Source of the DNA: Dehalococcoidia bacterium
GTDB taxonomy: Bacteria > Chloroflexota > Dehalococcoidia > DSTF01 > WHTK01
Length of the DNA: 31,226 nt
Assembly: GCA_035293185.1 (NCBI GenBank)
Contig: DATDOP010000014.1
Coordinates: 1-31,226, forward strand
Reading direction: 5' to 3'
The notes under the pieces were generated by a model. It made no database searches, was not told where the DNA came from, and saw only the letters and a list, made by a program, of their open reading frames with translations. Shown here piece after piece: positions 8,448 through 17,166 of this stretch. Each line of letters opens with the position of its first letter. Within the stretch, counting starts at the first letter, position 1. Both the position numbers and the translations under genes were made by a program.

Positions 8448-9290
8448 ATGCCAATTGCCAACGTGCGCGGCGCCAGCATCCACTACGAAGTTCTCGGCGA
8501 TTCGGGCCCCTGGGTTGCATTGTCCCCCGGCGGGCGCCGCGGTCTCGACGCCGTAGCTTATCTCGCTGAGCGAATTGCGGCCTCCGGGTTCCGCGTCCTG
8601 CTGCACGACCGGCGCAACTGCGGCACGTCCGACGTCATACTCGGCGGCGAGGACGCGGAGTACGAGATCTGGGCCGACGACCTGCACGAGCTGCTGCTGC
8701 AGCTGGGCGCGGCGCCGGCCTTCGTGGGTGGGACGTCGTCGGGTTGCCGCCTGGCGCTGCTGGTCTACACGCGCCACCTGGACGCTGTGCGCGGCCTGCT
8801 GCTCTGGCGGGTCACCGGCGGGGCGTTCGCCGCGGGACGGCTGGCCCGGAACTACTACGGGCAGTACGTCGAAGCGGCGCGCGCGGGTGGCATGGCGGCT
8901 GTCTGCGGGACGGAACACTTCAGTGAGCTGATCGCCGCCAATCCCGCGACTCGCGACCGGATCATGAACCTCAACCGGGAGCAGTTCATCGCCGACTTCA
9001 CGCGCTGGGAGCGAGGTTTCCAGGAGAGCGCTGACCTGCCGGTAATCGGCATGACGGCGGCAGATCTGGGCCGGGTTGCAGTGCCGGCGTGCATCGTGCC
9101 GGGCAACGACAAGACTCATCCGCGGGCCGTCGGCGAGCAGGCCGGGAAGCTGATCCCCGGCGCTGAGGTCTGCATCCTGCTGCAGACCGAGCACCCGGAC
9201 GTGGACGTGTCGCCCGCGGAGGAGCTGGAGGAGGTCGCGGACCAACACGCGAAGCTCTACGTGGACTTCATGAGGAAACACGGCGCCTGA
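8448..9290 (+). CDS. Alpha/beta fold hydrolase
   Basis: HYEVLGDSGP, LLHDRRNCGTS, GGTSSGC nucleophile elbow, IVPGNDKTHP. Confidence 0.85.
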   Translation: MPIANVRGASIHYEVLGDSGPWVALSPGGRRGLDAVAYLAERIAASGFRVLLHDRRNCGTSDVILGGEDAEYEIWADDLHELLLQLGAAPAFVGGTSSGCRLALLVYTRHLDAVRGLLLWRVTGGAFAAGRLARNYYGQYVEAARAGGMAAVCGTEHFSELIAANPATRDRIMNLNREQFIADFTRWERGFQESADLPVIGMTAADLGRVAVPACIVPGNDKTHPRAVGEQAGKLIPGAEVCILLQTEHPDVDVSPAEELEEVADQHAKLYVDFMRKHGA

Positions 9291-9323
9291 AGTGACCGGC
9301 GCGGCGCGGAGGTACTGCCGGCG

Positions 9324-10751
9324 ATGAGGTCTCTCGGCCTGCTGAAGGGCCTGACGGAGGCGGAGGTCAGGCTGCTCGTCGTGCTGGGCGTCGGCGCCTT
9401 CGTGCTAGCGAGCACGTACAGCAGCATCAACGTGGCGCTGCCGGAGATTCAGCGCGAGTTCGACGTTAGCCTGTCAGCGCTGAAGTGGGTCTCGATCATC
9501 GGCGCGATCATGGTGGCGAGCCTGTCGTTGAGCTTCGGACGCGTCGGCGACCTCGTGGGACGCAGGCGCATCTACAAGGCCGGCATCATTATCTACACGC
9601 TGGGCTCGGGGCTGACGGCGCTGTCGATGTCGTTCCCGCAGTTGATGGCTTTTCGCGTGTTCATGGCCATCGGCCTGGCGATGTCCAACCCGCTGGCCGG
9701 GGCGATCATCGCCGCGACGGTGGCGCCGGAGCGGCGGGGGCAGGCGGTGGGCATCTTCGCCTCGTTTCAGGCCGCGGGGCAGCTCACCGGCCCGACGTTC
9801 GGCGGGATCATCCTGGACTTGCTGAGCTGGCGGGCGATCTTCGTCAGCTACCTGGCGATTGGCATTGTGCTCTGCGTCGCGCAGCAGTTCTTCCTCAAGG
9901 GCACGGAGGAGCGGCGCCACGAGGCGTTCGACTATCCCGGCGCCGTGTTGCTGCTCGTCGGTTACCCTTCGTTGCTAATTGCCCTCAGCGTGGGGCCGGG
10001 CTCTGGTTGGGGCTCCCTGCTGACCCTGGGTTGGTTTGCCGTGGCCGCCGTGGGCCTCGCCAGTTTCACCGTCCGGGAGTTGAGGTTCGATAAGCCGATC
10101 TTCCACTTTCGCTTCTTCCGCAGTTCGACGTTTTGCGTAGCCATGTTTACGCTGGTGGTGGCGTCGTTCGTGCAGAACCCGATCACGCTGTTTGCGCCCC
10201 TCTATCTGCAGAAAGTGCTGACCGTCGATCCGCTGACCGTCGGCTTCGTCATGATGGCGCTGCCGCTTTCGACTCTCATCGCCGGTCCGATCGGGGGCAG
10301 CCTTGCTGACCGGTACAACCCCCGCATCGTCGCCGGGGCCGGCGTGATGATCACCCTGCTCGCGGTCCTGATCTATTCGCGCCTCGGCGTGGACGAGACC
10401 CTGCTGCCGGTCGTGTTCGCACTAACACTCGTTGGTTTGGGAGCCAGCCTGTTCCGGCCGGCCAATCAGGTCGCGGTGTACGCGCAGACCGAGCGTCGCG
10501 ACTTCGGGGCGCTCGCCGCCATGCTGGTGTTGATCCAGAGCCTCGCGGGGACGCTGGGCACTACAATCGCCGTGGCCGCGAACGAGACCCGGGCGACGGG
10601 CGACGACCCCGCGAACTTCGTCAAGGGGCAGCAGTTCACGTTTACGGCGCTTCTGCCGCTGCTGGCCCTGTCTGTGCTCGTCTCGTTCATCGGAAGAGCG
10701 ACCTCGGGCAGGAAAAAGGCCGTCGAGGGCGAGCTTGAAGTCACCGGCTAG
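9324..10751 (+). CDS. MFS transporter, DHA2 (EmrB/QacA-like) drug:H+ antiporter family
   Basis: Many hydrophobic helices; INVALPEIQREF, FGRVGDLVGRRRIY (motif A), GPTFGGIILDLLSWRAIF, FDYPG. Confidence 0.92.
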   Translation: MRSLGLLKGLTEAEVRLLVVLGVGAFVLASTYSSINVALPEIQREFDVSLSALKWVSIIGAIMVASLSLSFGRVGDLVGRRRIYKAGIIIYTLGSGLTALSMSFPQLMAFRVFMAIGLAMSNPLAGAIIAATVAPERRGQAVGIFASFQAAGQLTGPTFGGIILDLLSWRAIFVSYLAIGIVLCVAQQFFLKGTEERRHEAFDYPGAVLLLVGYPSLLIALSVGPGSGWGSLLTLGWFAVAAVGLASFTVRELRFDKPIFHFRFFRSSTFCVAMFTLVVASFVQNPITLFAPLYLQKVLTVDPLTVGFVMMALPLSTLIAGPIGGSLADRYNPRIVAGAGVMITLLAVLIYSRLGVDETLLPVVFALTLVGLGASLFRPANQVAVYAQTERRDFGALAAMLVLIQSLAGTLGTTIAVAANETRATGDDPANFVKGQQFTFTALLPLLALSVLVSFIGRATSGRKKAVEGELEVTG

Positions 10752-10774
10752 GCAGCCGAGAACGGGGGCAGCGT

Positions 10775-11584
10775 TTGGCGACTAACGAGACGTATCAGGT
10801 CTTCGCCGTGCGATACGCCAGGCGCGACGCCAAGCGCGTCGACCACTTTCTCGACAAGGCCGGCGTGCCCAACCCGGACGGACCAATGCCGATGGACTAC
10901 TTCGTCTGGCTGGTGCGCAACTCCTCTCGCACTCTGGTCGTCGACACCGGCTTTACCGAGCCCGTTGGGACGCGCCGTGGACGCACCTATCTCCGCACAC
11001 CCGCCGCGGGCCTCAAGCTGCTCGATGTCGACGCAGGGTCCGTTGAAGACGTGATCGTCACGCACATGCACTACGACCACGCCGGCACCGTGAGCGACTT
11101 CTCGAAGGCCCGGCTCCACCTGCAGGAGCAGGAGCTGCGCTGGGTCACGAGCAGCGAGATGTTCGCGCGGGGCGCCCGCGGCTCCTTCGAGGTGGACGAC
11201 GTGGTCAACATGGTGAGGGGGCTTTACGACGAGCGAGTGGAGCTGCACGACGGAGACTGGGAGGCGGCGCCGGGCATCAGCGTGCACCTGATCGGCGGGC
11301 ACACGCCTGGCATCCAGGTGGTGCGCGTGAACACGGATCGCGGCGCCGTGGTCCTGGCGTCTGACACGACGCACTACTACGAGAACATGGAGACGGGCCG
11401 CCCCTTCGTGACGACGCACGACGCAGCGAAGGTCCTCGCCGGCTTCAAGACGCTGCACCAGCTGGCGGAGTCGCCGAAGCACATCGTCCCGGGGCACGAT
11501 CCGCTGGTCATGCAGCGCTACCCGGCCGCGTCGGCGAAGCTCGAAGGCGTAGCCGTCCGGCTGGACGCCCAGCCGTCCTACTGA
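10775..11584 (+). CDS. Metallo-beta-lactamase fold N-acyl homoserine lactonase family protein
   Basis: THMHYDHAG (HxHxDH), GGHTPG, LASDTTHYY, VPGHD; TTG start. Confidence 0.88.
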   Translation: MATNETYQVFAVRYARRDAKRVDHFLDKAGVPNPDGPMPMDYFVWLVRNSSRTLVVDTGFTEPVGTRRGRTYLRTPAAGLKLLDVDAGSVEDVIVTHMHYDHAGTVSDFSKARLHLQEQELRWVTSSEMFARGARGSFEVDDVVNMVRGLYDERVELHDGDWEAAPGISVHLIGGHTPGIQVVRVNTDRGAVVLASDTTHYYENMETGRPFVTTHDAAKVLAGFKTLHQLAESPKHIVPGHDPLVMQRYPAASAKLEGVAVRLDAQPSY

Positions 11585-11610
11585 TCCTGGCTTCGAGGTC
11601 GATCTGGGCG

Positions 11611-12471
11611 TCAGGCCGCGGGCTGGCGATTGGACCGAAGACGGCCCTTGCCTCTGCCGAACCAGAGGCGGCGGCCGGACTCCCAGGCGTTACCGATTAG
11701 GAGCGCGGCCGGCAGGTAGTAGACGGCGCCCAGGGTCATGAACACGAGATACGCCAGGGTCGCGACCATCAGGCCGTAGACCACCTGGTCTTCATAGCGG
11801 ACGGGCGAGGTCGGCGGGTCGTCCAGCATGAAGAAGGCGAAGAACAGCGCTGCCTGTGCGTCCGGCGTGCGAAAGATCTCAGAGGCCGCGCCGGCCTGAC
11901 CGAACAGGGCCGCGATGGTGAACAGGCTCAGGTAGGCGCCGAAGAACGCGAGGATCATCGGCAGTTTGTTCGTGTGATCGGCCAGGTAGTAGCCGGTTAC
12001 CCCCAACGCGACCAGGCCGAGGATGCCTACGTCCGGCAAGGCGCCCCACCAGCTCTGACCAGAGCCCAGAAAGACGCCGGACACGACCAGGCCGGCGGCA
12101 GCGGGGTTGAGTACGTTGGACCAACGCGTGCGCAAGAGGTGCTTCGAGGCGATAGCGGCGGTCACTGCGAGGACCACGGTAGAGTCGGCTTCTTGTGGTC
12201 GCAGGATGAAGGCGACGATCGCTCCGGTGAGGATCGCCCCATCCGGCAGCAGCCATTCTCCGCGCCGGATCAGGCTGATAGTGAGATCGAGCGCAGCAGC
12301 CACGGCCGTCGCGAGCAGGAGGTTGTGCACGATTCGGCCGTCCGGGGCGGAAGCGATGGCGAGGACGGCCAGCGCGGCGAAGATCGCGATCAGGATGCCC
12401 TTGGGGGTCCGGAAGAACCGAAGGGATGGCAAGACGAGCTGAGCCGGCTTAGTCGAGGCGATGGGCGTCAT
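11611..12471 (-). CDS. RnfD/NqrB-like membrane protein
   Basis: Hydrophobic; DGAILTGAIVAFIL, AIASKHL, NVLNPAAAGL, FFAFFMLDDPPTSP motifs of the NQR2/RnfD/RnfE family; ATG overlaps the upstream apbE stop (ATGA). Confidence 0.8.
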   Translation of the reverse strand: MTPIASTKPAQLVLPSLRFFRTPKGILIAIFAALAVLAIASAPDGRIVHNLLLATAVAAALDLTISLIRRGEWLLPDGAILTGAIVAFILRPQEADSTVVLAVTAAIASKHLLRTRWSNVLNPAAAGLVVSGVFLGSGQSWWGALPDVGILGLVALGVTGYYLADHTNKLPMILAFFGAYLSLFTIAALFGQAGAASEIFRTPDAQAALFFAFFMLDDPPTSPVRYEDQVVYGLMVATLAYLVFMTLGAVYYLPAALLIGNAWESGRRLWFGRGKGRLRSNRQPAA

Positions 12472-13376
12472 GCCAGGTAGGTCGCCAGTCCAGGTGTCGA
12501 GATGAGCCTGCCATCAGACGTGAACATCAGCCCCTCGACGCCCTGACGTTGCAGAAACTGTGAGGCATTCTCTGCCCCCAGGACAAACGCAGCCGTGGAC
12601 AGCGCATCGGCCAGCATGGCGGAGGGCGCAACGACCGTGACGCTGGCAAGGGAAGCTGCGGGAGCTTGCGAACCTGGCTCGAGGAGGTGATGGCCGGATT
12701 CGGTTCGCCGTTCGTAGTCCCCCGAGGTGCAGACGGCGCCCTCAGTTAGAGACACCACAGACAGCAGTTGATCGGGACGTCTGGCATCCTTGACGCCGAC
12801 TTGCCACGGAGCGCCAGCGGCGTTTCGGCCCCGCACAAGCACGTCGCCGCCGGCGTTGATGGCGAAGTTGCCCAGAGGCGCCAGTTCGGCGCCGGCGAGG
12901 TCGATTGCGAAGCCCTTGGCGATGGCGCCGAGGTCGAGCAGCAGGGGTTGGCGTAACATCACGGTGCCGGCCACCGGATCGAGAATCACGTCGCGGTAGG
13001 TGGTGTCGCTGACGGCGATGCCAGACGACCCAGCCGTGCCGGTGAGGTAGCTTCGATTGAAGCCGCGGGCCTCCATCGCCGCGCCAACCGTCGGGTCGAA
13101 GGCGCCGCCGCTGTCGCGTGCAACTTCCAACGACATCTCGATTGCGCGCAACAGCAACGGCGTCACTGGCACCGGGCGGCCGGCGGTCTCACACAACCGG
13201 CGCAGCTCGCTGGCCCCGTCGAACCGGTTGCAGACCCGCTCGACTTCGGCGAACCAGCCGAACGCGTTTTCGACCAGCCCGGCGGCGCGATCGCAGTCGC
13301 CGGGCAGCGGGATCTCGATGGTGACGAGTGTGTCCATGTAGATGCGGGTTTGGACGTAGCTCCAACCGTCTGACAT
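12468..13376 (-). CDS. apbE: FAD:protein FMN transferase (ApbE family), copy 1
   Basis: MDTLVTI, GAFDPTVG, LDLGAIAKGFAID, NAGGDV, CTSGDYER, HHLLEP, ADALSTA; no signal peptide or lipobox. Confidence 0.92.
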   Translation of the reverse strand: MSDGWSYVQTRIYMDTLVTIEIPLPGDCDRAAGLVENAFGWFAEVERVCNRFDGASELRRLCETAGRPVPVTPLLLRAIEMSLEVARDSGGAFDPTVGAAMEARGFNRSYLTGTAGSSGIAVSDTTYRDVILDPVAGTVMLRQPLLLDLGAIAKGFAIDLAGAELAPLGNFAINAGGDVLVRGRNAAGAPWQVGVKDARRPDQLLSVVSLTEGAVCTSGDYERRTESGHHLLEPGSQAPAASLASVTVVAPSAMLADALSTAAFVLGAENASQFLQRQGVEGLMFTSDGRLISTPGLATYLA

Positions 13377-13381
13377 GTTCT

Positions 13382-14014
13382 CTAGCCCTGCTTGGCCTGC
13401 GCCAGAGCCTTTGAGACGGCGGTCTTGTAGGCAGTAGAGCTATCGGTGGCGCCGGAAACGTGGTTCACCGGGACCGTCTGCTGCGATACAACCGACTTGA
13501 CCAGGGAGGCAACGTCCGAGCAGGGGTAGCGCGTATTGCAGCTGCTGATCGAGGCGGAGACGATCTTGCCGTTCTGGATTACGACCGTGGCCTGGATGCT
13601 GCCGTGGCGGCTGGTGCCGGCGCCAACGTACGTGCCGTCCCTGTAGCCCGCTGTCGTGCCAGGGATGGGACTTGCCGTTGCGGTCGGAGGTGTCGTCGTG
13701 GTGCTGCCGGCCCTACCTGCGCCAGCTGCCGTTGTGGGGCTCGGCGGGGCGGAGGTCGAGGGGGACATAGGAGCACTGGCGTTGGTGGCAACAGTGCGCT
13801 GGGTCGCTTGGCCAGGCACGTCAGTCGAGACGACGCCGGCTTCGGCCGCCAGCTTGTCGACGGATGCTTGTGTGCTGACGTAGCCGATGGTGTAAATCGA
13901 CGTGATTGCTGCGGCGCTCAAGGCGAGAAGGCTGCCGCTGAGCTTGCGGCGGCTTTTCTTCACCTCGTGAACGGGCGGTATCTGGATCCGTGGTTCTTCC
14001 TGTGGCGGGAGCAT
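13382..14014 (-). CDS. Membrane-anchored/exported FMN-binding domain protein
   Basis: SRRKL followed by a hydrophobic helix, Thr/Pro/Ala linker, YRDGTYVG...GSIQATVVIQNGKIVS, and the flavinylation motif VSGATDSS (SGAT at 13456-13445). Confidence 0.9.
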   Translation of the reverse strand: MLPPQEEPRIQIPPVHEVKKSRRKLSGSLLALSAAAITSIYTIGYVSTQASVDKLAAEAGVVSTDVPGQATQRTVATNASAPMSPSTSAPPSPTTAAGAGRAGSTTTTPPTATASPIPGTTAGYRDGTYVGAGTSRHGSIQATVVIQNGKIVSASISSCNTRYPCSDVASLVKSVVSQQTVPVNHVSGATDSSTAYKTAVSKALAQAKQG

Positions 14015-14103
14015 CCTCGGGCCTCACATCTCTTCGCGGCCGTTGATTCCGTGGCCCGGCAACGGCGACTAACGTCAGACTAGCGAAGCGGCCTGGCGAA
14101 GTG

Positions 14104-14131
14104 TTTAGGCTTCTGGTAAGCGATTGCTAAA
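14104..14131. promoter_or_regulatory. AT-rich operator-like element upstream of the FMN-binding gene
   Basis: TTTAG-N18-CTAAA inverted ends; on the minus strand TTTAG/CTTAC/CCTAA recur with 11-bp period. Weak. Confidence 0.25.
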
Positions 14132-14199
14132 TGAGTGCGAAGGCCATCCCGCTTAGCCGCAACAAGTCAGGACGCCCTCACGCAGGTAGACCGAGCAGT

Positions 14200-15252
14200 T
14201 CAATCCTCCGACTCGTCCTCATGCTCCGGCTCGTCGTGCTCTTCGCGATCTTCCTGGTGCTCCTCATCCTCGCCGCCTTTTGAGTCCTCGTCCTCGTGTT
14301 CGTCTTCAACCTCGGGCCCATCTTCGTCTTCGTCTCCGTCATCATCCCCACCGCCTGTACCTCCGGCGGTGGGTGTGCCGCCGGGCGTGGATGCGACGGC
14401 AGTGGGTATTGCCCCGGGGGAAGACTTGCGGTCGTCGTCCCCGCCGTCGGAGTCGTCATCCTCAGCTTCGATCTCCAGAGCCCTGAGCGTGCCGTCACTC
14501 AGGCGCAGGACCTTCACCTCGACGTAGGAGCCCACGCGGATCGGTCCTTCGATCTCGGTGTCACCAGTGATCGCGATGGCGTGTTCGGTCTGACCGGCGC
14601 GCAGGCGGAGGACATCGCCGGTCATGGCGATGACGGTGCCAAAGAGACGATCCTTGACCTCGACCGCGCTGGCGACCACGCCGCTGTCGGAGCGGTTGCC
14701 CTTGAGGACCACGGTCTGGCCGGCGTTGAGCGAAGAAGCCTGCAGGGTATTACCGAAGCTGTCCGTCAGCACGGTATCGCTGCTCAGCTGGATCAGCTCG
14801 GCTGAGCCGGCGGTGCTGATCGTGACGGCTCCGTTGCTGATTTCCGACACGCTGCCTTCGATGACCACTGCTTCGACCCTGGCCGGGCCGTCGCCGTTCA
14901 AGGCCGGCAATCCCAGGATGAACGCCAACGCCAGGGCCGCCGCGGCGAGGGATGCGCCGGCCAGAAGAGGAGGTCGGGCGAAGGCGGCCAGGAGACCCCG
15001 CGAAGCCGGCGCAAATGTAGGCTCCCTGGCGGCATCGAGCTGTCTTACCAGCTGGAGGAGCTCCTGCTGCCGGCGTGCGGCGGCGGAAGGCGCGGGCGAA
15101 ATCGCCAGCAGCTCTTGTCCCGTCTGATGAGCAAGCCGTACCGCTTGATTGAGCTGGTTACGCCAGGCTGGGACAGTGGCCAGGAAGGCCTCAACGGCAG
15201 CGGTATCGCCGGAGAGGTCCAGGGCTGTTTCGAGTGCTTCGTCGTAGTTCAC
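14200..15252 (-). CDS. Putative anti-sigma factor: N-terminal helical domain, TM helix, two DUF5666-like domains, acidic/His tail
   Basis: GTG start 4 bp after the ECF sigma stop; one TM (LLAGASLAAAALALAFILGL); IEGSVSEIS...GQTVVLKG and LFGTVIAM...GSYVEVK...ALEIEAEDD repeats. Role inferred from position. Confidence 0.7.
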   Translation of the reverse strand: MNYDEALETALDLSGDTAAVEAFLATVPAWRNQLNQAVRLAHQTGQELLAISPAPSAAARRQQELLQLVRQLDAAREPTFAPASRGLLAAFARPPLLAGASLAAAALALAFILGLPALNGDGPARVEAVVIEGSVSEISNGAVTISTAGSAELIQLSSDTVLTDSFGNTLQASSLNAGQTVVLKGNRSDSGVVASAVEVKDRLFGTVIAMTGDVLRLRAGQTEHAIAITGDTEIEGPIRVGSYVEVKVLRLSDGTLRALEIEAEDDDSDGGDDDRKSSPGAIPTAVASTPGGTPTAGGTGGGDDDGDEDEDGPEVEDEHEDEDSKGGEDEEHQEDREEHDEPEHEDESED

Positions 15253-15256
15253 TGCC

Positions 15257-15919
15257 TTATCCTGCGGCCTTCTCGTCCACCGACATCCTGCGTTGGAGGG
15301 TTGTTAGCGCCCGGTGCTGCAACTGCTTCACAGCGCCTGTGCTCTTGCCCATGAGGGCGGCGGCTTCGGCCAGGCTGCAGCCATCCACGAATCTCAGCTG
15401 GATGACGGTCTTCTGGTCGTCAGTAAGGTCATCGAAGGCGACGAGGAGGTCGGCGCGTGTTTCGGCGTCCGTCGCCGGACTGGACTCGTCCAGCCAGGTC
15501 TCTTCGAGTGGCACCCGCGGCCGCCGAAGATCAGCCTTGAGGTAATCGGCTGTCAGGTTACGCGCGATTCTGTAGAGCCACGCCCGGAAGGGCACGCCGC
15601 GATAGCGGTAGCTGCGGATGTTCGCCGCCGCCTCCGCGAAAGTCTGGGCGGCGATGTCTTCGGAGACGCTGCTCTGCTTCGTCCGGACGTAGACCAGGCG
15701 GAAGATCGACGTGAAGTAGCGCTCGAAAACCTCTCGCCAGGCTTCAGCCTCGAATGCGGCGAGCTGACGGACCAGAGTCGCTTCGTCAGCCGGGAACACG
15801 ATTGTCTCTGTGACTTCGATGGGTCGCCTCACGGTACCCCTGACTGCCGGCGCTGTATCCAGGAATTCCTGGCTCACACGCTTTCTGTCTAAGGTTAAGA
15901 CTCCGTTCTCTCTGAGCAT
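15257..15919 (-). CDS. ECF RNA polymerase sigma factor
   Basis: AWREVFERYF, SEDIAAQTFAEA, FRAWLYRIARNLTADYL, LTDDQKTVIQLRFVDGCSLAEAAALMGKSTGAVKQLQHRAL; true start may be a downstream GTG. Confidence 0.92.
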   Translation of the reverse strand: MLRENGVLTLDRKRVSQEFLDTAPAVRGTVRRPIEVTETIVFPADEATLVRQLAAFEAEAWREVFERYFTSIFRLVYVRTKQSSVSEDIAAQTFAEAAANIRSYRYRGVPFRAWLYRIARNLTADYLKADLRRPRVPLEETWLDESSPATDAETRADLLVAFDDLTDDQKTVIQLRFVDGCSLAEAAALMGKSTGAVKQLQHRALTTLQRRMSVDEKAAG

Positions 15920-15941
15920 CAGTGCCGAATGGTCCTGGCGG

Positions 15942-16577
15942 TCAAGCCGCGCCGGAGACCTGGCGTCCTGTCTCCCGTGCCACGGGTCGCTCCGCAGGCT
16001 TCTTCTGGCTCCTCACCGCGAGGATCCTGTAGAGGACAAAGAAGACGAGTGCAATGCCAAGGGCCAGGAAGACGTAGCGCACACCGAGGACGCCGCTGTC
16101 CGTGCCAGCCCAGATCGCGTGTACCGTCCCGCCCATGTAGGCAATGAAGGTCAGGTAGTGCAATTGGCGCCAGGCGCGCTGACCGATCCACTTTGTCAGG
16201 TAGAAGCTCAGGCTGAGCAGCGCCAGGCCGTAGAAGCTAACGATACCGACCGCGGTGGCTTCCGGCATGATCTGCGACCGCAGTGGGATCAACAGGTCGC
16301 CCACCGTGTAGTTGGCGTAGGGGTCCGGCAGCATGATAAAGGCGTGGAAGACTACCGCGCCGAGGAGGAACAAGGAAACGAACTTGTGCAGCTCGAAGAA
16401 CCAGCCGCGGGCCAGCAGGCCGTCAAAGATGCGGGAGCTGATCGCGACACCCATGATCACGGAGACGAACATCAACCCAAACGCGACGAATCCTCCGGCT
16501 CTGCCCAGATACCAGTACGTATGCAGACCAAAGTCCACTGAGTCAGGCAGGAGCGTCGCCGGCAGACCGATCAGCAT
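15942..16577 (-). CDS. Ferric reductase-like/MsrQ-like transmembrane (heme b) protein
   Basis: WYLGRAGGFVA, ELHKFVS, VFHAF, WRQLHYLTF, VHAIWAGTDS: four conserved His in TM helices. Confidence 0.85.
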   Translation of the reverse strand: MLIGLPATLLPDSVDFGLHTYWYLGRAGGFVAFGLMFVSVIMGVAISSRIFDGLLARGWFFELHKFVSLFLLGAVVFHAFIMLPDPYANYTVGDLLIPLRSQIMPEATAVGIVSFYGLALLSLSFYLTKWIGQRAWRQLHYLTFIAYMGGTVHAIWAGTDSGVLGVRYVFLALGIALVFFVLYRILAVRSQKKPAERPVARETGRQVSGAA

Positions 16578-17129
16578 TCAGGAACCCTTGGTCTTTGCGC
16601 TTGAGCCGCCGCCGGAGCTGGAGCCACCGCCGGTGGGAGCCGAGGCTCCGGTTGGGCTGGAACCTCCGGTTGGGGCTTGAGCCGGTGGGCTCGATCCGGC
16701 GGTAGTGCCGCCGCTATTGCCCGCGCCGGCGGACGGCTGGCCGCCGGTAGACGCCGTGGTGGTGTCGGTCGGGGCCGTCTGGCGCGTGGTTGCGGGCGGT
16801 TGCGTCGCCACCAGCGGGATCGATGTGGGGTTTGAGGGCGGCGAGGTTGGTAATGACTGGCTCTGGCCCGCTGCAGAGGCGGTGACGTTGCCTTGCGAGT
16901 CCACCACACGAGAGACGACCACGACGCGGCGGATGATCACGGGCGGCGGCGTCGCGGTAGGGACGGGAACCTCTGTTGCTACGACCTCTTCAACTACGGG
17001 CGCGACAGCCGCTGTCTCCGGGCTCGCTGCGGTCCACTGAGGCCAGGCCAGCGCTGCCCACACCAGGGGAGTCGCGACGATTGTGCCCGTGACCAGGACG
17101 AGCTTCGTTCCCAGGTACTTGATCCTCAT
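16578..17129 (-). CDS. Membrane-anchored low-complexity protein with TGAS motif and C-terminal AKTKGS
   Basis: N-terminal hydrophobic helix; Pro/Thr/Ser/Gly-rich body; PTGASA at 16652-16641; stop directly abuts the ferric-reductase-like ATG. Confidence 0.75.
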   Translation of the reverse strand: MRIKYLGTKLVLVTGTIVATPLVWAALAWPQWTAASPETAAVAPVVEEVVATEVPVPTATPPPVIIRRVVVVSRVVDSQGNVTASAAGQSQSLPTSPPSNPTSIPLVATQPPATTRQTAPTDTTTASTGGQPSAGAGNSGGTTAGSSPPAQAPTGGSSPTGASAPTGGGSSSGGGSSAKTKGS

Positions 17130-17166
17130 CGGCTAACTCGCCCGCCCGGGCTGCGGGGCTCGCGGC

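Noticed and set aside
10775-11584. Evidence of a quorum-sensing or quorum-quenching circuit
   Set aside because: No LuxI/LuxR genes are nearby and this MBL subfamily is broad; the substrate cannot be read from the sequence.
11611-14014. A complete Rnf or Na+-NQR respiratory complex
   Set aside because: Only a D/B-like subunit and an FMN-binding protein are present, so the gene symbols rnfD, rnfG and nqrB are withheld.
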